Position numbers and translations under genes: made by a program | Notes under the pieces: model-generated | The model's database searches: none | The model's input: the letters and a program-made list of their open reading frames with translations, nothing else | What the model was told of the DNA's origin: nothing | In this document: positions 40,975-52,141 of the stretch, one piece after another | Position numbering within the stretch: the stretch's first letter is position 1 | Layout: every line of letters begins with the position of its first letter | From: an uncultured Actinomycetota bacterium | GTDB taxonomy: Bacteria > Actinomycetota > Actinomycetes > Mycobacteriales > Mycobacteriaceae | DNA length: 64,000 nt | Direction of reading: 5' to 3' | Assembly: GCA_963715885.1 (NCBI GenBank) | Contig: CAVQSK010000029.1 | Coordinates: 18,401-82,400 of the forward strand

Positions 40975-42393
40975 ATGACGGGGCTTCAAGCTAGCGGGCA
41001 CACCGTACTCGCTGAGGCCGACGGTAGCGCCTATCAGTCGCTGCGGCAGCGACCGGTGACACGGGCTGAGCGCTACGCCCTTGGCAAGAGTCTGCGCAAG
41101 CGGGTACCCAGGCGCTCACTAGCCGACTGGGAACCACCCTCCGACCGGCCCGACCCGATCCAACAGATCATGGTCAGCCACCAGGGCAGGGCCGACCGCC
41201 TGATCCCGGTCCGGGTCGGGCGCATGATCGCCTCGCCGTACGGCTTTCTGCGCGGCACCGCCGTGGTAATGGCCGAGGACGTCGCACACCTGCCATCCAC
41301 GGGTATCACCCCAGTGGTCTGCGGTGACTCCCACCTGGGCAACTTCGGGTTCTACGCCTCGCCGGAGCGGGACCTGGTGATCGACCTGAACGACTTCGAT
41401 GAGGCCCACCCGGGCGGCTGGGAGTGGGACCTACGCCGGTTGGTAGCCAGCATCTGGGTCGCCGGGCGCCAGAACGGGCTCTCCGAGGAGCAGTGCGGCG
41501 CGTCGGCGCGGTCCTGTGTCGCCTCCTACCGCCAGGAGCTGTGCCGGCTGGCCGACCAGCCGCTCTTCTCGCGCTCCTTTGTCCGCCTGGACGTCGACCG
41601 GCTGGCCGCTGATGCCGCCGGTCCATTGCAGCTAGAGGTGGCGCGCTCGGCCAAGCGGGCGCGTAACCGCACCAGCGACCGCGCGCTGCCCCGGTTCACC
41701 CGCGAGGTGGACGGCGTCCGGAAAATCGTCGAGGAACCGCCACTGATCACTCGGCCCCCGGAGCAGGAGGCGGCGTTGCTGGCCGAGGCGCTCGACGAGT
41801 ACCTACAAACCCTTTCCCCGCATTGGCGTCGTGTGCTCGGCGGCTACACCCTGGTCGACGTCGCGCACAAGGTAGTCGGGGTGGGCAGTGTCGGGCTGCG
41901 GGCTTACGTGGCGCTGTTGGAGGGTTCCTCTGCGGATGACGTAGTGTTCCTGCAGCTCAAGCAGGCCCGCCGGTCGGTGTTGGCGCGCTACGTGCACGGC
42001 GAGTCGGCGTGGCACGCGCATCAGGGGCAGCGGGTAGTGGAGTACCAGCAGGCTCTGCAGACGGTAAGCGACCCGCTGCTGGGCTGGACCACGATGGACG
42101 GGCGGCAGTACTACGTCCGGCAGTTCCGGAACATGAAGGGCACCATCCCGATCGACGCGATGGACGCGGCCGCATTGACCGACTATGCGGGAGTGGTGGG
42201 TCAGTTGCTGGCCAAGGGACACGCCCGGACCAGCGGCGCCTCGATGATCTCTGGTTACATGGGCCGCACGGATCGAGTGGACATGGCGCTATGCACATTC
42301 GCCCGGCGCTACGCCGACCAGACCGAAGCCGACCACGCGGCGATGGTCGCCGCCGTTGACCGCGGCATGCTGCCCGTCGAGCGTGGGGTCTAG
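40975..42393 (+). CDS. DUF2252 family protein
   Basis: RVGRM.ASPYGFLRG, CGDSHLGNFG, DLNDFDE, KVVGVGSVG, LQLKQA, YVRQFRNMKG. Confidence 0.88.
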   Translation: MTGLQASGHTVLAEADGSAYQSLRQRPVTRAERYALGKSLRKRVPRRSLADWEPPSDRPDPIQQIMVSHQGRADRLIPVRVGRMIASPYGFLRGTAVVMAEDVAHLPSTGITPVVCGDSHLGNFGFYASPERDLVIDLNDFDEAHPGGWEWDLRRLVASIWVAGRQNGLSEEQCGASARSCVASYRQELCRLADQPLFSRSFVRLDVDRLAADAAGPLQLEVARSAKRARNRTSDRALPRFTREVDGVRKIVEEPPLITRPPEQEAALLAEALDEYLQTLSPHWRRVLGGYTLVDVAHKVVGVGSVGLRAYVALLEGSSADDVVFLQLKQARRSVLARYVHGESAWHAHQGQRVVEYQQALQTVSDPLLGWTTMDGRQYYVRQFRNMKGTIPIDAMDAAALTDYAGVVGQLLAKGHARTSGASMISGYMGRTDRVDMALCTFARRYADQTEADHAAMVAAVDRGMLPVERGV

Positions 42394-42723
42394 CGCCGCG
42401 CTGGCTAGGTGTACAGACCACGCGCCGTCGCGCCGTTTCGACTGTGCCTACAAACCGCCAACCGCACTGGTAATCGTGCTGCGTCCTCGATGGCGGTCAC
42501 CCGATCCCGCCGCCTACAGGCTGACTAGACCCGCCGTTCGTCGCGATCCCGGCGTCGGGCCTAGCGCGACCGCTGGGCCAACAAGGACTCGTTCACTGTG
42601 GGCGTTTGTGCGTGCACTCATGTTTGGGCACGAGAGCGGATGCCTCGATGCAGCCGCGGATGCGGCGGTAACCCTGCCCGTCGAAGACGACCGAGTGCCA
42701 ACCCGAACACGAACTACCGGCAA

Positions 42724-44728
42724 TTACGTTTGCCCTAGCCTGAAGGGACCAACGATGCCGCCTGCCAAATGAGGGCTGTTATCCGAAGGCAAGGGCCATA
42801 TCGGCCCCGCCGAGGGGAGCGACTCGGCAACCATGGCGGACTCGCCAGTTGATGCCTCCTCGGTATCTGGCGCAATGACGGCGGGATCGATTCGGAGAAC
42901 CGCGTAGCCCGCAACTGCGCCGGCACCGAATCCCGGGGCGAAGACCCGGGTCGGCTTGGTGATCACTTGATCGCGGACCGCGTCGTGGATTGCCAGCGGA
43001 ATGCTCGCCGAGGAGGCATTGCCCACCCGCTCGATGTTGAAATACAGCTGATCCGGGGACAGACCGGCGGCCTTTGCCAGGTCGATCACCATGGTCTTGT
43101 TGGCCTGGTGCGGGATGATCAGTTCGATGCTGGCCAGCAGCGACTCTGCGTCCCCATCCGGGTCGGGCAGGGCCCTGATGTCGTCGAGCATCTGCATGAG
43201 GTAGCGCCCGGCGAGCGCCTTGACCTCCGGGCCGTAGACCGTGATGTTGTTGGCGAACGCGGGGTTGGGCCACAGGATCGAGTTGACCTGGCTGGTCGGA
43301 CCGCTGGCATAGGTCTGCATGTACTCGATATCCGGCGGCGAACCCTCGGGCGCGACGCCGAGGACAATGGCGGACGCGCCGTCGCCGAAGATCATCCGGG
43401 ACGGCCGGACGTTGCCGATCTTGTTGGAGAACTTTTCCGCGCACACCACGAGCACCGGCCGCCGCACCAGCTGGAGAATTCTCGTGGCCTCGGCCAGCCC
43501 GTAGCTCAGGCCGGCGCACGCGGCGACGAGGTCGAACGAGCAGTGGGTCTGCTGGATGCCCAACTGGCCGGAGAGCCAGGTCGCGACCGACGGTATCAGC
43601 CGATCGCTGGTGCAGGTGCACACGATAACCGCGCCGACCTGGTCTGGACCCACCTGAGCGTGAGCCAGCGCCGACCGGGCGGCCCGCAACGAGATGTCCT
43701 CGAGGCTGTCGGCGGTGTAACGGCGCGCCTCGATGCCGGTCTTGGCACTGATCTCGTCGGCTGACATGGGCGACCAGTTGTAGGCACTGTTGCGGATCAG
43801 GTCCTCGTTGGTGCACACCCGTTCACCGTGCACTGCGGCGATGGCCTCGATGCGAGGTTGCACTGCCAAATCCTGGCGCACGTTGAGGGCGGGGTAGGGC
43901 CGAATGGGCGCGTGAACCTCGGGGGCGACCGTGTGGGTCTTCTTCGGGGCGGGCCCCGAAGCGACGCGGGACAGAAACTGGTGGACATCAAGATCACGCG
44001 GATGGAACACCACCACGTAGTCGTCGTCGCGCAACTCTCCGACAGGGACCAGGGCGGCCTCGCTACGCGACCACGGGTACTGGTTGTGCAGGACCATCGA
44101 CCAGCGGCGCAGCGCCTCCAGCTCGGCCACATCCTCGTTGCAGTCGATGATCTCGGCGTAGCTGTACCGGCGGAAGTCGGGGTCATATCGATTCAGCCGC
44201 AGAGTTTGATTAGCGGGGTCAGACAGCAGATCGGCAACCGTGGGTACCACGGCCGACAGCTTGGTCGCGTGGTTCTTACGATGGCCGAACACGTCGAAGA
44301 GGATCTCGAAGATGCTGTCCTCGACCTCGGCGTCCCACTGCGCCGCAAGACCCGGATAGGCAGACTGCACCGCGGTCACCTTCGTTTCGCGATCTTCCCA
44401 CGGCGTCTGGATGGGGATGTAGATGTCGTCGCGGCTACGCGGCACGTCGGCCCACCGGGTGGGCCGGACGTCGTACATCGTTAGTTTGTAAGCGGTTGGC
44501 CCAGAACAGGTTGAGCGCCATGTCCCGCATCAGTTCGAACTTGCTTTGATAGGCGCCGGTCTTGATCCGCTCGAGGATATCGCTCCCCGTGGGCGCCTTG
44601 GAATCGAAGTCCCGCCGGACGACCGCGTCGAGCTGCTCGAGGCTTTCGAAGGTGGAGAAGTCGAGATCAGGAAAACAATTGGCGGGAAAAACGATCTTGC
44701 CATGCTTGTTGATTTCGAAGGACTGCAT
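42724..44728 (-). CDS. Ketoacyl-ACP synthase III-like protein with long N-terminal extension, +1 frameshift near 44491
   Basis: AACAG (Cys), IPHQAN (His), GNASSASIP (Asn). The 97-aa upstream ORF joins as NRYKLTMYDVRP if one base is removed. Confidence 0.82.
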
Positions 44729-44805
44729 TGCCGATCACCTGTTTCGATGGGACGTTGGGCGGGTTGGATATAGCGCTAGGCGATGAGGGAGCGGACCGAC
44801 AGTCA

Positions 44806-44920
44806 TCACATGTCCAGACCGCCATTTACCCCCCAAACCTGCCCAGTGATATAGCCCGAGGCGTCCGCAGCCAGGAAGTGCACCACTCGTGCGACCTCCC
44901 ACGGTTGGGCCAGCCGACAC
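44806..44920 (-). pseudogene. C-terminal remnant of a FabG/PhaB-type SDR reductase
   Basis: RLAQPWEVARVVHFLAADASGYITGQVWGVNGGLDM*; 5' part replaced by IS DNA. Confidence 0.75.
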
Positions 44921-44924
44921 CGAC

Positions 44925-45600
44925 GTTGGGATTTGATTCTGCCGGCCGAGCTGTGGGTGTTGCCGGTCGAGTTGGGTCGGCGCCGTTGGATGATCCGGTG
45001 TTTTTCGCGCCGTTCGCCGCGTGTTTCGATGCCCGGATCGGTGCCCCGTCGATACCGATGGAGGCCTATCTGCGGTTGATGTTTCTGAAGTTCCGGTGCG
45101 GGCTCGGCCATGAGTCGTTGTGCCGGGAGGTGGCCGATTCCATTCCCCGGCAACGGTTTTACCGGTTTCCGTTCGGGACCCGGTACCGCACTCGACCACT
45201 CGATGAAAATCACCACCCAGCGCGGCGACGATGCAGTCCCAGGGTTGAATTTGGCGGTGCTGGCCAAGGCGGCCGCCGCGAAGCTGCTGCGCACCGACAG
45301 GTCCGCGCCACACCACCGTTGTGGCCGCTGATGTGGCGTATCCGATCGATTCGGGTCTGTTCGCCAAGGCGATCGGCTCGATGGCCCGCACCGTGGTGCG
45401 GATCAAAGCCGGCGCGAGCGCACTCAGACCGGTGATCGGCGGCGTTCGGCGGGGCGGCGAGCCCGCTCGATCGCCGCCAAGCTGCGGCTGACGGCAGCAC
45501 CGTGACCATGCCCAGGCCGGGTTGCGCCGTATAACCGGTGAACTGGCCGGGATCCTGAAGCCGCCGGTCGCGAGGCCACCGCTGTGCTACTTTGCCATTG
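44925..45600 (+). mobile_element. Degenerate transposase (ISNCY/IS5-like)
   Basis: WDLILPAEL, LDDPVFFAPF, PSIPMEAYLRLMFLKFR.GLG.ESLCREV.DSI; multiply frameshifted. Confidence 0.75.
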
Positions 45601-45609
45601 ACCAACGAT

Positions 45610-45756
45610 GGCGTCGTCGATCGGACCATCCCCAGCCTTGGCGTCATCGATGCCGTCGGGGAAGGAAGCCTCGTGTTGCGCCAACTCGCTCCCGGCGTCA
45701 CCGTCGATGATGTCATCGCAGTAACCAGCGTCGAAGTCGCGGTGGAACTGTCATGA
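45610..45756 (+). pseudogene. C-terminal remnant of 3-oxoacid CoA-transferase subunit B (ScoB-like)
   Basis: [38 protein letters not shown]; its TGA overlaps the thiolase ATG. Confidence 0.65.
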
Positions 45757-46937
45757 GCGCGGCGAACACCTCAGTTATCGTGGCCGGTGCACGAACCCCG
45801 GTCGGGCGCCTGATGGGATCGCTGTCCGAATTCTCGGGCTCCGAGCTCGGTGGCATCGCGATCAAGGCAGCACTGGCCAAGGCGGGTGTGTCCGGTGATC
45901 AGGTCCAGTACGTGATCATGGGGCAAGTGCTCACTGCCGGCGCCGGCCAGATACCGGCTCGCCAGGCCGCCGTTGCCGGTGGCATTCCGATGTCGGTGCC
46001 TGCCCTGACCATCAACAAGGTGTGCCTGTCCGGTATCGATGCCATTGCCTTGGCGGATCAGTTGATTCGAGCCGGCAACTTCGACGTGGTGGTGGCCGGC
46101 GGCCAGGAATCGATGACGCAGGCGCCGCATATGCTCGAGAAGTCCCGGTCGGGCTTCAAGTACGGCGATGTGACGTTGACCGACCACCTCGCCTACGACG
46201 GGCTCTACGACATCTTCACCGATCAGACGATGGGTGCGCTCACCGACGACGGGAATACGCTCACCCGCGAAGAGCAGGATGAGTTCGCAGCCTGCTCGCA
46301 TCAACGCGCGGCGGCGGCCTGGAAGAACGGACTGTTCGACGAGGAGGTCGCTGCGGTGTCCGTCCCTCAACGCCACGGTGACCCCGTGGTGTTCGCCCGG
46401 GACGAAGGCATTCGCGCGGACGTCACCGCGGAATCCCTCTCGGCACTGCGGCCGGCGTTCTGCAAAACCGGCACCATCACCGCGGGTAACTCCTCATCGA
46501 TAAGTGACGGTGCGGCAGCGGTCGTGGTGATGAGCAAGGCCAAAGCTATTGAACTGGGCCTGGATTGGCTCGCCGAAATCGGTGCGCACGGTGTGGTGGC
46601 CGGACCGGAGTCGAAGCTGCAGCAGCAGCCGGCCAATGCCATCGCGGCGGCCTGCGTACGGGAACGCCTTGACCCGGCCTCGCTTGATCTGATCGAGATC
46701 AACGAAGCCTTCGCCGCAGTCGGTATCGCGTCCACACGCACACTGGGCCTGGATCGGTCGACGGTAAACGTCAACGGCGGCGCCATCGCCATCGGTCATC
46801 CGCTCGGCATGTCCGGCGCGAGGATTGCCTTGCACCTCGCGCTGGAATTGAAGCGGCGTGGCGGCGGAGTCGGAGTTGCCGCACTGTGCGGCGGTGGTGG
46901 ACAGGGGTCTGCATTGATCTTGCGCGTTCCCGCCTAG
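45753..46937 (+). CDS. Acetyl-CoA C-acetyltransferase (thiolase)
   Basis: [41 protein letters not shown]. Confidence 0.93.
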   Translation: MSAANTSVIVAGARTPVGRLMGSLSEFSGSELGGIAIKAALAKAGVSGDQVQYVIMGQVLTAGAGQIPARQAAVAGGIPMSVPALTINKVCLSGIDAIALADQLIRAGNFDVVVAGGQESMTQAPHMLEKSRSGFKYGDVTLTDHLAYDGLYDIFTDQTMGALTDDGNTLTREEQDEFAACSHQRAAAAWKNGLFDEEVAAVSVPQRHGDPVVFARDEGIRADVTAESLSALRPAFCKTGTITAGNSSSISDGAAAVVVMSKAKAIELGLDWLAEIGAHGVVAGPESKLQQQPANAIAAACVRERLDPASLDLIEINEAFAAVGIASTRTLGLDRSTVNVNGGAIAIGHPLGMSGARIALHLALELKRRGGGVGVAALCGGGGQGSALILRVPA

Positions 46938-47610
46938 TGTCCTCCACCTGTGTCCTCCGCTTGAAATCCTCGCGATATATTTGGCGAGGGAGTCGAGGAT
47001 CTCTTCGACGGTCTTTGTTCAGCGGAACGGTTTCGGGTCGTCATTCCACGCGTTGATCCAATCGCGGACGTCGTTCTCCGGTGCGGTCACGCTCTTGATT
47101 AACGCCGCGGGGGCAGCAGTTGGTCGGTGAGAAACCGAACCAGCGTTCCACCTGGTTGATCACGAGGAGCCGGTCCGGGTGAAGGGCATGTGGAGGCGGC
47201 GGTGTTTGGCGAGCCATTCGTTGACGGCTGGGTCATGTGCGTTGCGAGATGTCGCAAATCAGGTGGACGTCCAGTTCGGCGGGTACGGCCTAATCGAGGC
47301 GATCATGAACTTGGTGAACTCGACAGCGCGGTGACGGATCTCGGATCACCGTCCCGTTGGCGATGTCGAGGCGCTGCGTAGCTCGCCGCGGTCGGCGCGT
47401 CGTGTTCACCGCGGTGGGTGTGTGTGATGAACCTGACCACCGGCAAGTCGTGCACATCGCGCTCGTGGGTCTGCCGTCGGGCGGCGAGCAGCCTGGTGAT
47501 GCGTGGTGAGCGCAGTCGTGGATGCGCTGTTCGGGCATGCCGGGCACATCGGCAGCACCGGTTGGCAGCGGTCCAGCGCCTGCATCTGGTTCTGCTCGCG
47601 GGCGACGTCT
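46938..47610 (-). mobile_element. Degenerate IS630-family transposase
   Basis: QMQALDR.QPVLPM, LDIANGTV, RHRAVEF, ELDVHLICD, INQVERWF, WNDDPKPFRWTKT..EIL; many frameshifts. Confidence 0.8.
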
Positions 47611-47689
47611 GCTAGGGAGCGCAACCTGGCGCCACGGGTGACCGGGTCGCTAGTCGGCTTCAGCAGGCGCCGGCGGGAACCGTGCTGAT

Positions 47690-47972
47690 CGGCGACCCGG
47701 GACGAGGCGTTCGCCAGCTACCAGGTGCCGGTCACCCGCTCGCTGGAAGATGCAGACATCACGCTCGCGAGGGTCTGGCGCTTCCGCGATAAACCCCGGG
47801 TCACAACCGAGTGCTCTGCAGATCGAGCGCGCCGCGCTCCCCGATCGCTCCGTAATTGGCCGCGAGCCAAGACTGGACCAGCATCGACCGCGACTACGAA
47901 CAGATCCCCGTCAACATGCAGACCCTCTTCGACGACCTGGCCCTCACGATCCCGGCGCCGCTCGCCGCTTGA
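47690..47972 (+). mobile_element. Probable C-terminal remnant of another actinobacterial transposase
   Basis: WTSIDRDYEQIPVNMQTLFDDLAL resembles transposase C-termini I recall; family not assigned. Confidence 0.4.
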
Positions 47973-48033
47973 CGATTCCAACCACGTGCGGCCCACATCG
48001 ACAACGAATTGTCGATCGGCAATCCTCAAGCGG

Positions 48034-48822
48034 CTAGCGCGCGAACATCAGCGCGCGCTTGACCTCCTGGATGGCCTGGGTGACCTGGATGCCGCGCGGG
48101 CAGGACTCGGTGCAGTTGAAGGTGGTGCGGCAGCGCCACACCCCGTCGACCTCGTTGAGGATGTCCAGCCGCTCCGCGGCGGCCTCGTCTCGGCTGTCGA
48201 AGATGAACCGGTGGGCGTTGACGATGGCGGCCGGGCCGAAGTAGCTGCCCTGGGTCCAGTAGACCGGGCAGCTGGTGGTGCAGCAAGCGCACAGGATGCA
48301 CTTGGTGGTGTCGTCGTAGCGGGCGCGGTCGGTCTGGCTTTGAATCCGTTCCCGCGTCGGCTCGTTGCCGCTGGTGATGAGGTAGGGCTTGACCGCTCGG
48401 TAGGCGTCGAAGAACGGCTCCATGTCCACCACGAGGTCCTTCTCCACCGGCAATCCGCGGATCGGTTCGATGGTGATGGTGAGCTTTTTGCCGGGCTTGT
48501 TGGGCAGCAGGTCACGCATCAGCACCTTGCATGCCAGCCGGTTGACGCCGTTGATCCGCATTGCATCGGAGCCGCATACCCCGTGCGCGCAGGACCGGCG
48601 GAAGGTCAGCGTGCCGTCCAGGTACCCCTTCACGTAGTGCAGCAGGTTGAGCAGCCGGTCGCTGGGCAGGCACGGCACGCGGAAGCTCTGCCAGCCGGCG
48701 GCGTCGGGATCCTCGGGATTGAAGCGGGCGATCTTCAGCGTCGCCATCACCGCGCCCTCGGGGACGGGCGGCAATGGAGGATCTGCGGGGTCGCTCGTCT
48801 TGTCGATGACCGGTGCGCTCAT
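48034..48822 (-). CDS. sdhB: Succinate dehydrogenase iron-sulfur subunit
   Basis: RRSCAHGVCGSD, CILCACCTTSCP, CRTTFNCTESCP. Confidence 0.95.
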   Translation of the reverse strand: MSAPVIDKTSDPADPPLPPVPEGAVMATLKIARFNPEDPDAAGWQSFRVPCLPSDRLLNLLHYVKGYLDGTLTFRRSCAHGVCGSDAMRINGVNRLACKVLMRDLLPNKPGKKLTITIEPIRGLPVEKDLVVDMEPFFDAYRAVKPYLITSGNEPTRERIQSQTDRARYDDTTKCILCACCTTSCPVYWTQGSYFGPAAIVNAHRFIFDSRDEAAAERLDILNEVDGVWRCRTTFNCTESCPRGIQVTQAIQEVKRALMFAR

Positions 48823-48823
48823 G

Positions 48824-50578
48824 TCAGTACTTCCGTTCCATCGGTTGATACCGGGTCTGCACCACCGGCTTGTAGTCCAGTCGGATGTCGGAGAGCAGCT
48901 CAGCGCCCTGCTTGTAGGCCATGGTGTGGCGCATGTAGTTGGTGTCGTCGCGGTTGGGGTAGTCCTCGCGGGCATGCCCGCCGCGGGACTCCTTGCGGTT
49001 GAGGGCGCCGACCACCGTCACCTCGGCAAGTTCGAGCAAAAAGCCCAGCTCGATCGCTTCCAGCAGGTCGCTGTTGTAGCGTTTGCCTTTGTCGTGCACC
49101 GTGATTCGGGAGTAGCGCTCCTTGAGCGCGTGGATATCGGTGAGCGCCTGCTTGAGTGTTTCCTCGGTGCGGAACACCGCGGCGTTGTTGTCCATCGACT
49201 GTTGCAGGGCGCCGCGGATGTCGGCGACGCGCTCGTTGCCGTGCTCGGAGAGGATGTCGCCGACCCAGGAGACCACCATGGCGGCCGGGTCGGTCGGCAT
49301 GGCGACGTGGTCGTGTCCCAACGCGTAGTTGGCCGCGGCGATGCCGGCGCGACGCCCGAACACGTTGATGTCCAGCAGCGAGTTGGTGCCCAGCCGGTTG
49401 GCGCCGTGCACCGACACACACGCGCACTCGCCCGCCGCGTACAAGCCGGGCACCACGGTGGTGTTGTCGCGCAACACGTTGCCGGTGATCGTGGTGGGGA
49501 TGCCGCCCATCACGTAGTGACACGTCGGGTAGACCGGCACCAGCTCGGTGACCGGGTCCACGCCCAGGTAGGTGCGGGCGAACTCGGTGATGTCGGGCAG
49601 TTTCGCCTCGAGCACGTCGGCGCCCAGATGGCGCACGTCGATGTAGACGTAGTCCTTGTGCGGGCCGGCGCCGCGGCCTTCGAGCACCTCGAGCACCATC
49701 GAGCGCGCGACGATGTCGCGCGGAGCCAGGTCGACGATGGTCGGCGCGTAGCGCTCCATGAAGCGCTCACCGTCGCCGTTGAGCAGCCGGCCGCCCTCAC
49801 CACGGACCGCCTCGGAGATCAGGATGCCCAGCCCGGCCAGACCCGTCGGGTGGAACTGGTGAAACTCCATGTCCTCCAACGGAAGTCCCTTGCCGAACAC
49901 GATGCCCAGCCCGTCGCCGGTCAGGGTGTGGGCGTTGGAGGTGGTCTTATACATCCGGCCAGACCCGCCGGTGGCGAACACGATCGCCTTGGCATGAAAG
50001 ACGTGAATGTCGCCGGTGGCCAGCTCGTAGGCGATGACACCGGTCGCCACCGGCCCGCCGGGAGTTTCCGTCATCGCGATGTCCAGGGCGTAGAACTCGT
50101 TGAAGAACTCGACGTCGTGCTTGACGCAGTTCTGATACAGCGTCTGCAGGATCATGTGGCCGGTGCGGTCGGCCGCGTAACAGGCCCGGCGCACCGGCGC
50201 CTTGCCGTGGTCGCGGGTGTGCCCGCCGAACCGGCGCTGGTCGATGCGGCCCTCGGGGGTGCGGTTGAACGGCATCCCCATCTTTTCCAGGTCGAGCACC
50301 GCGTCGATGGCTTCCTTGCACATGATCTCCACGGCGTCCTGGTCGGCGAGGTAGTCGCCGCCCTTGACGGTGTCGAAGGTGTGCCACTCCCAGTTGTCCT
50401 CTTCGACGTTGGCCAGCGCCGCGCACATGCCGCCCTGCGCCGCGCCGGTGTGGCTGCGGGTCGGGTAGAGCTTGGTCAGCACCGCGGTGCGCGCCCGCGG
50501 ACCGGCCTCGACCGCGGCGCGCATGCCCGCGCCGCCGGCACCGACGATCACGACGTCGTAGCGATGTTCGGCAATCAC
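48824..50578 (-). CDS. sdhA: Succinate dehydrogenase flavoprotein subunit
   Basis: GAGGAG, RSHTGAAQGG (covalent FAD His), QFHPTG, HYVMGG, HGANRLG, RKESRGGH. Confidence 0.96.
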   Translation of the reverse strand: MIAEHRYDVVIVGAGGAGMRAAVEAGPRARTAVLTKLYPTRSHTGAAQGGMCAALANVEEDNWEWHTFDTVKGGDYLADQDAVEIMCKEAIDAVLDLEKMGMPFNRTPEGRIDQRRFGGHTRDHGKAPVRRACYAADRTGHMILQTLYQNCVKHDVEFFNEFYALDIAMTETPGGPVATGVIAYELATGDIHVFHAKAIVFATGGSGRMYKTTSNAHTLTGDGLGIVFGKGLPLEDMEFHQFHPTGLAGLGILISEAVRGEGGRLLNGDGERFMERYAPTIVDLAPRDIVARSMVLEVLEGRGAGPHKDYVYIDVRHLGADVLEAKLPDITEFARTYLGVDPVTELVPVYPTCHYVMGGIPTTITGNVLRDNTTVVPGLYAAGECACVSVHGANRLGTNSLLDINVFGRRAGIAAANYALGHDHVAMPTDPAAMVVSWVGDILSEHGNERVADIRGALQQSMDNNAAVFRTEETLKQALTDIHALKERYSRITVHDKGKRYNSDLLEAIELGFLLELAEVTVVGALNRKESRGGHAREDYPNRDDTNYMRHTMAYKQGAELLSDIRLDYKPVVQTRYQPMERKY

Positions 50579-50581
50579 GAC

Positions 50582-51079
50582 CTAACCCCCGATGTTCGCG
50601 TCGAAGGTAACCAGCACGTAGGTGCCCAGCACCAACGTGAACCCGGTTGCCAGCAGCAGCAGCGAATTCAGATAGAACTTGGTGGTGTTCTTGCGGGCGT
50701 AGTCACCGATGATCGTGCGCATGCCGTTGGCGCCGTGCACCATCGCCAGCCACAGCAGGGCCATATCCCAGATCTGCCAGAACGGCGAGGCCCAGCGCTG
50801 CGCGACGTAGTTGAAATCGATGCGGTACACCCCGTCGCTCCACATCAGCATGATGAACAGGTGGCCGAGCGCGAGAAAGACGAGGGCGACACCAGAAAAT
50901 CTCATGAACAGCCACGCGTACTTCTCGAAGTACGGGACGCCCCTGGGCCGCCGCGGTGCACGCGGATGGTCCAGGCCGGCCGGGCGGTCGTGCTCTTTTT
51001 CCAGCACCGGTGCCACCCGGCCCTCGCGGTGATGCGGTGTCCAGGGCACTCCCGCCGACCCACCCGCTGGCGCGCTCAC
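50582..51079 (-). CDS. sdhD: Succinate dehydrogenase hydrophobic anchor
   Basis: EKYAWLFMRFSG, GHLFIM, VHGANGMRTIIGDY. Confidence 0.92.
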   Translation of the reverse strand: MSAPAGGSAGVPWTPHHREGRVAPVLEKEHDRPAGLDHPRAPRRPRGVPYFEKYAWLFMRFSGVALVFLALGHLFIMLMWSDGVYRIDFNYVAQRWASPFWQIWDMALLWLAMVHGANGMRTIIGDYARKNTTKFYLNSLLLLATGFTLVLGTYVLVTFDANIGG

Positions 51080-51504
51080 CAGAACCGCTCCGCCATGTGC
51101 ATGCCGATCACACCCAGCGCCGGGATGAAGACCGCCAAAAAGACGCCGACCACGATCCACAGCATCACCCGCTGATAGCGCGGGCCATGCTGCCAGAAGT
51201 CGATCAGGATGATCCGGATGCCGTTCAGCCCGTGGTAGAGCACCGCGACGACCAACCCGATCTCCATCAACCCGACCAGCGGCGTCTTGTACGTCTCGAT
51301 GACTTCGTTGTAGGCCTGCGGACTGACCCGCACCAGCGCGGTGTCCAGCACGTGCACGAACAGGAAGAAAAAGATCGTCGCCCCGGTAATGCGGTGCAGC
51401 ACCCACGACCACATACCGGGATCACCGCGATAAAGGGTGCGCCGAGGCGACGGTTTGGTTCGCGGAGCCGGTACCGCCGGACTCGCGGGTGTCGCAGTAC
51501 TCAT
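51076..51504 (-). CDS. sdhC: Succinate dehydrogenase cytochrome b556 subunit
   Basis: YRGDPGMWSWVLHRITG, HVLDT, YHGLNGIR. Confidence 0.92.
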   Translation of the reverse strand: MSTATPASPAVPAPRTKPSPRRTLYRGDPGMWSWVLHRITGATIFFFLFVHVLDTALVRVSPQAYNEVIETYKTPLVGLMEIGLVVAVLYHGLNGIRIILIDFWQHGPRYQRVMLWIVVGVFLAVFIPALGVIGMHMAERFW

Positions 51505-51960
51505 CGGGGCCCCCAACGCCATCGGTGAACGGAATCCACATCTGCACTCTTGACGATTACGACACCGTCGGCATCGGCGACGACGACATCGCCGGGTGCG
51601 ACCACCACGCTGCCGACGGCTACCGGCTCGCCGAGTCGGCCGGGGCCGTTCTTGTAGGGCCCCGTAGGAGTGACGTTGCGTGCTAAGACGGGTAGTCCGA
51701 GCGCGGCCAGGGCGTCGGTATCGCGAATGGCGCCGTCGATGACGAAGCCTACTAATCCGAGCATTTTCGCTCGGATTCCGATCAGGTTGCCGATGAGCGC
51801 GCGCGTTGTGTCCCCGGAGCCGTTGACTACCAATACATCTCCAGATTTGGCCGCATCGAATGCTCTGTGGAGGAAGAGATTGTCACCGAGCGCCGTCCAT
51901 ACGGTGAATGCACGGCCGGCCAATTGCGCGCCTGCCCAGAGGGGGTGACGGGTACGGTCA
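51501..51960 (-). pseudogene. RraA/HMG-aldolase family protein, N-terminally damaged
   Basis: LAGRAFTV..GDNL..H, GDVLVV, ALIGN, DGAIRD, VVAPGDVVVADADGVV; its stop overlaps the sdhC ATG. Confidence 0.75.
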
Positions 51961-52141
51961 CAGTGCGTCGAACGAGCTCGTCGCAAACCACACACGTGAG
52001 TACCGAAACATTTCCGCCCACCCTTCCAACCCGTGCCCAAATTTCAGTTTCGTTGTCCACACGAGGTCCAATTGGGCATCGGTTTGAGACACATCTGCGG
52101 CCTGCTTGACGGTGTTGGGCGGGACGCCAGGCCGGTCACCT

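Noticed and set aside
46934-48037. Complete IS630 bounded by CTAG with inverted CCGCTTGA ends
   Set aside because: Only an 8-bp match, no transposase N-terminus, and unrelated DNA inside
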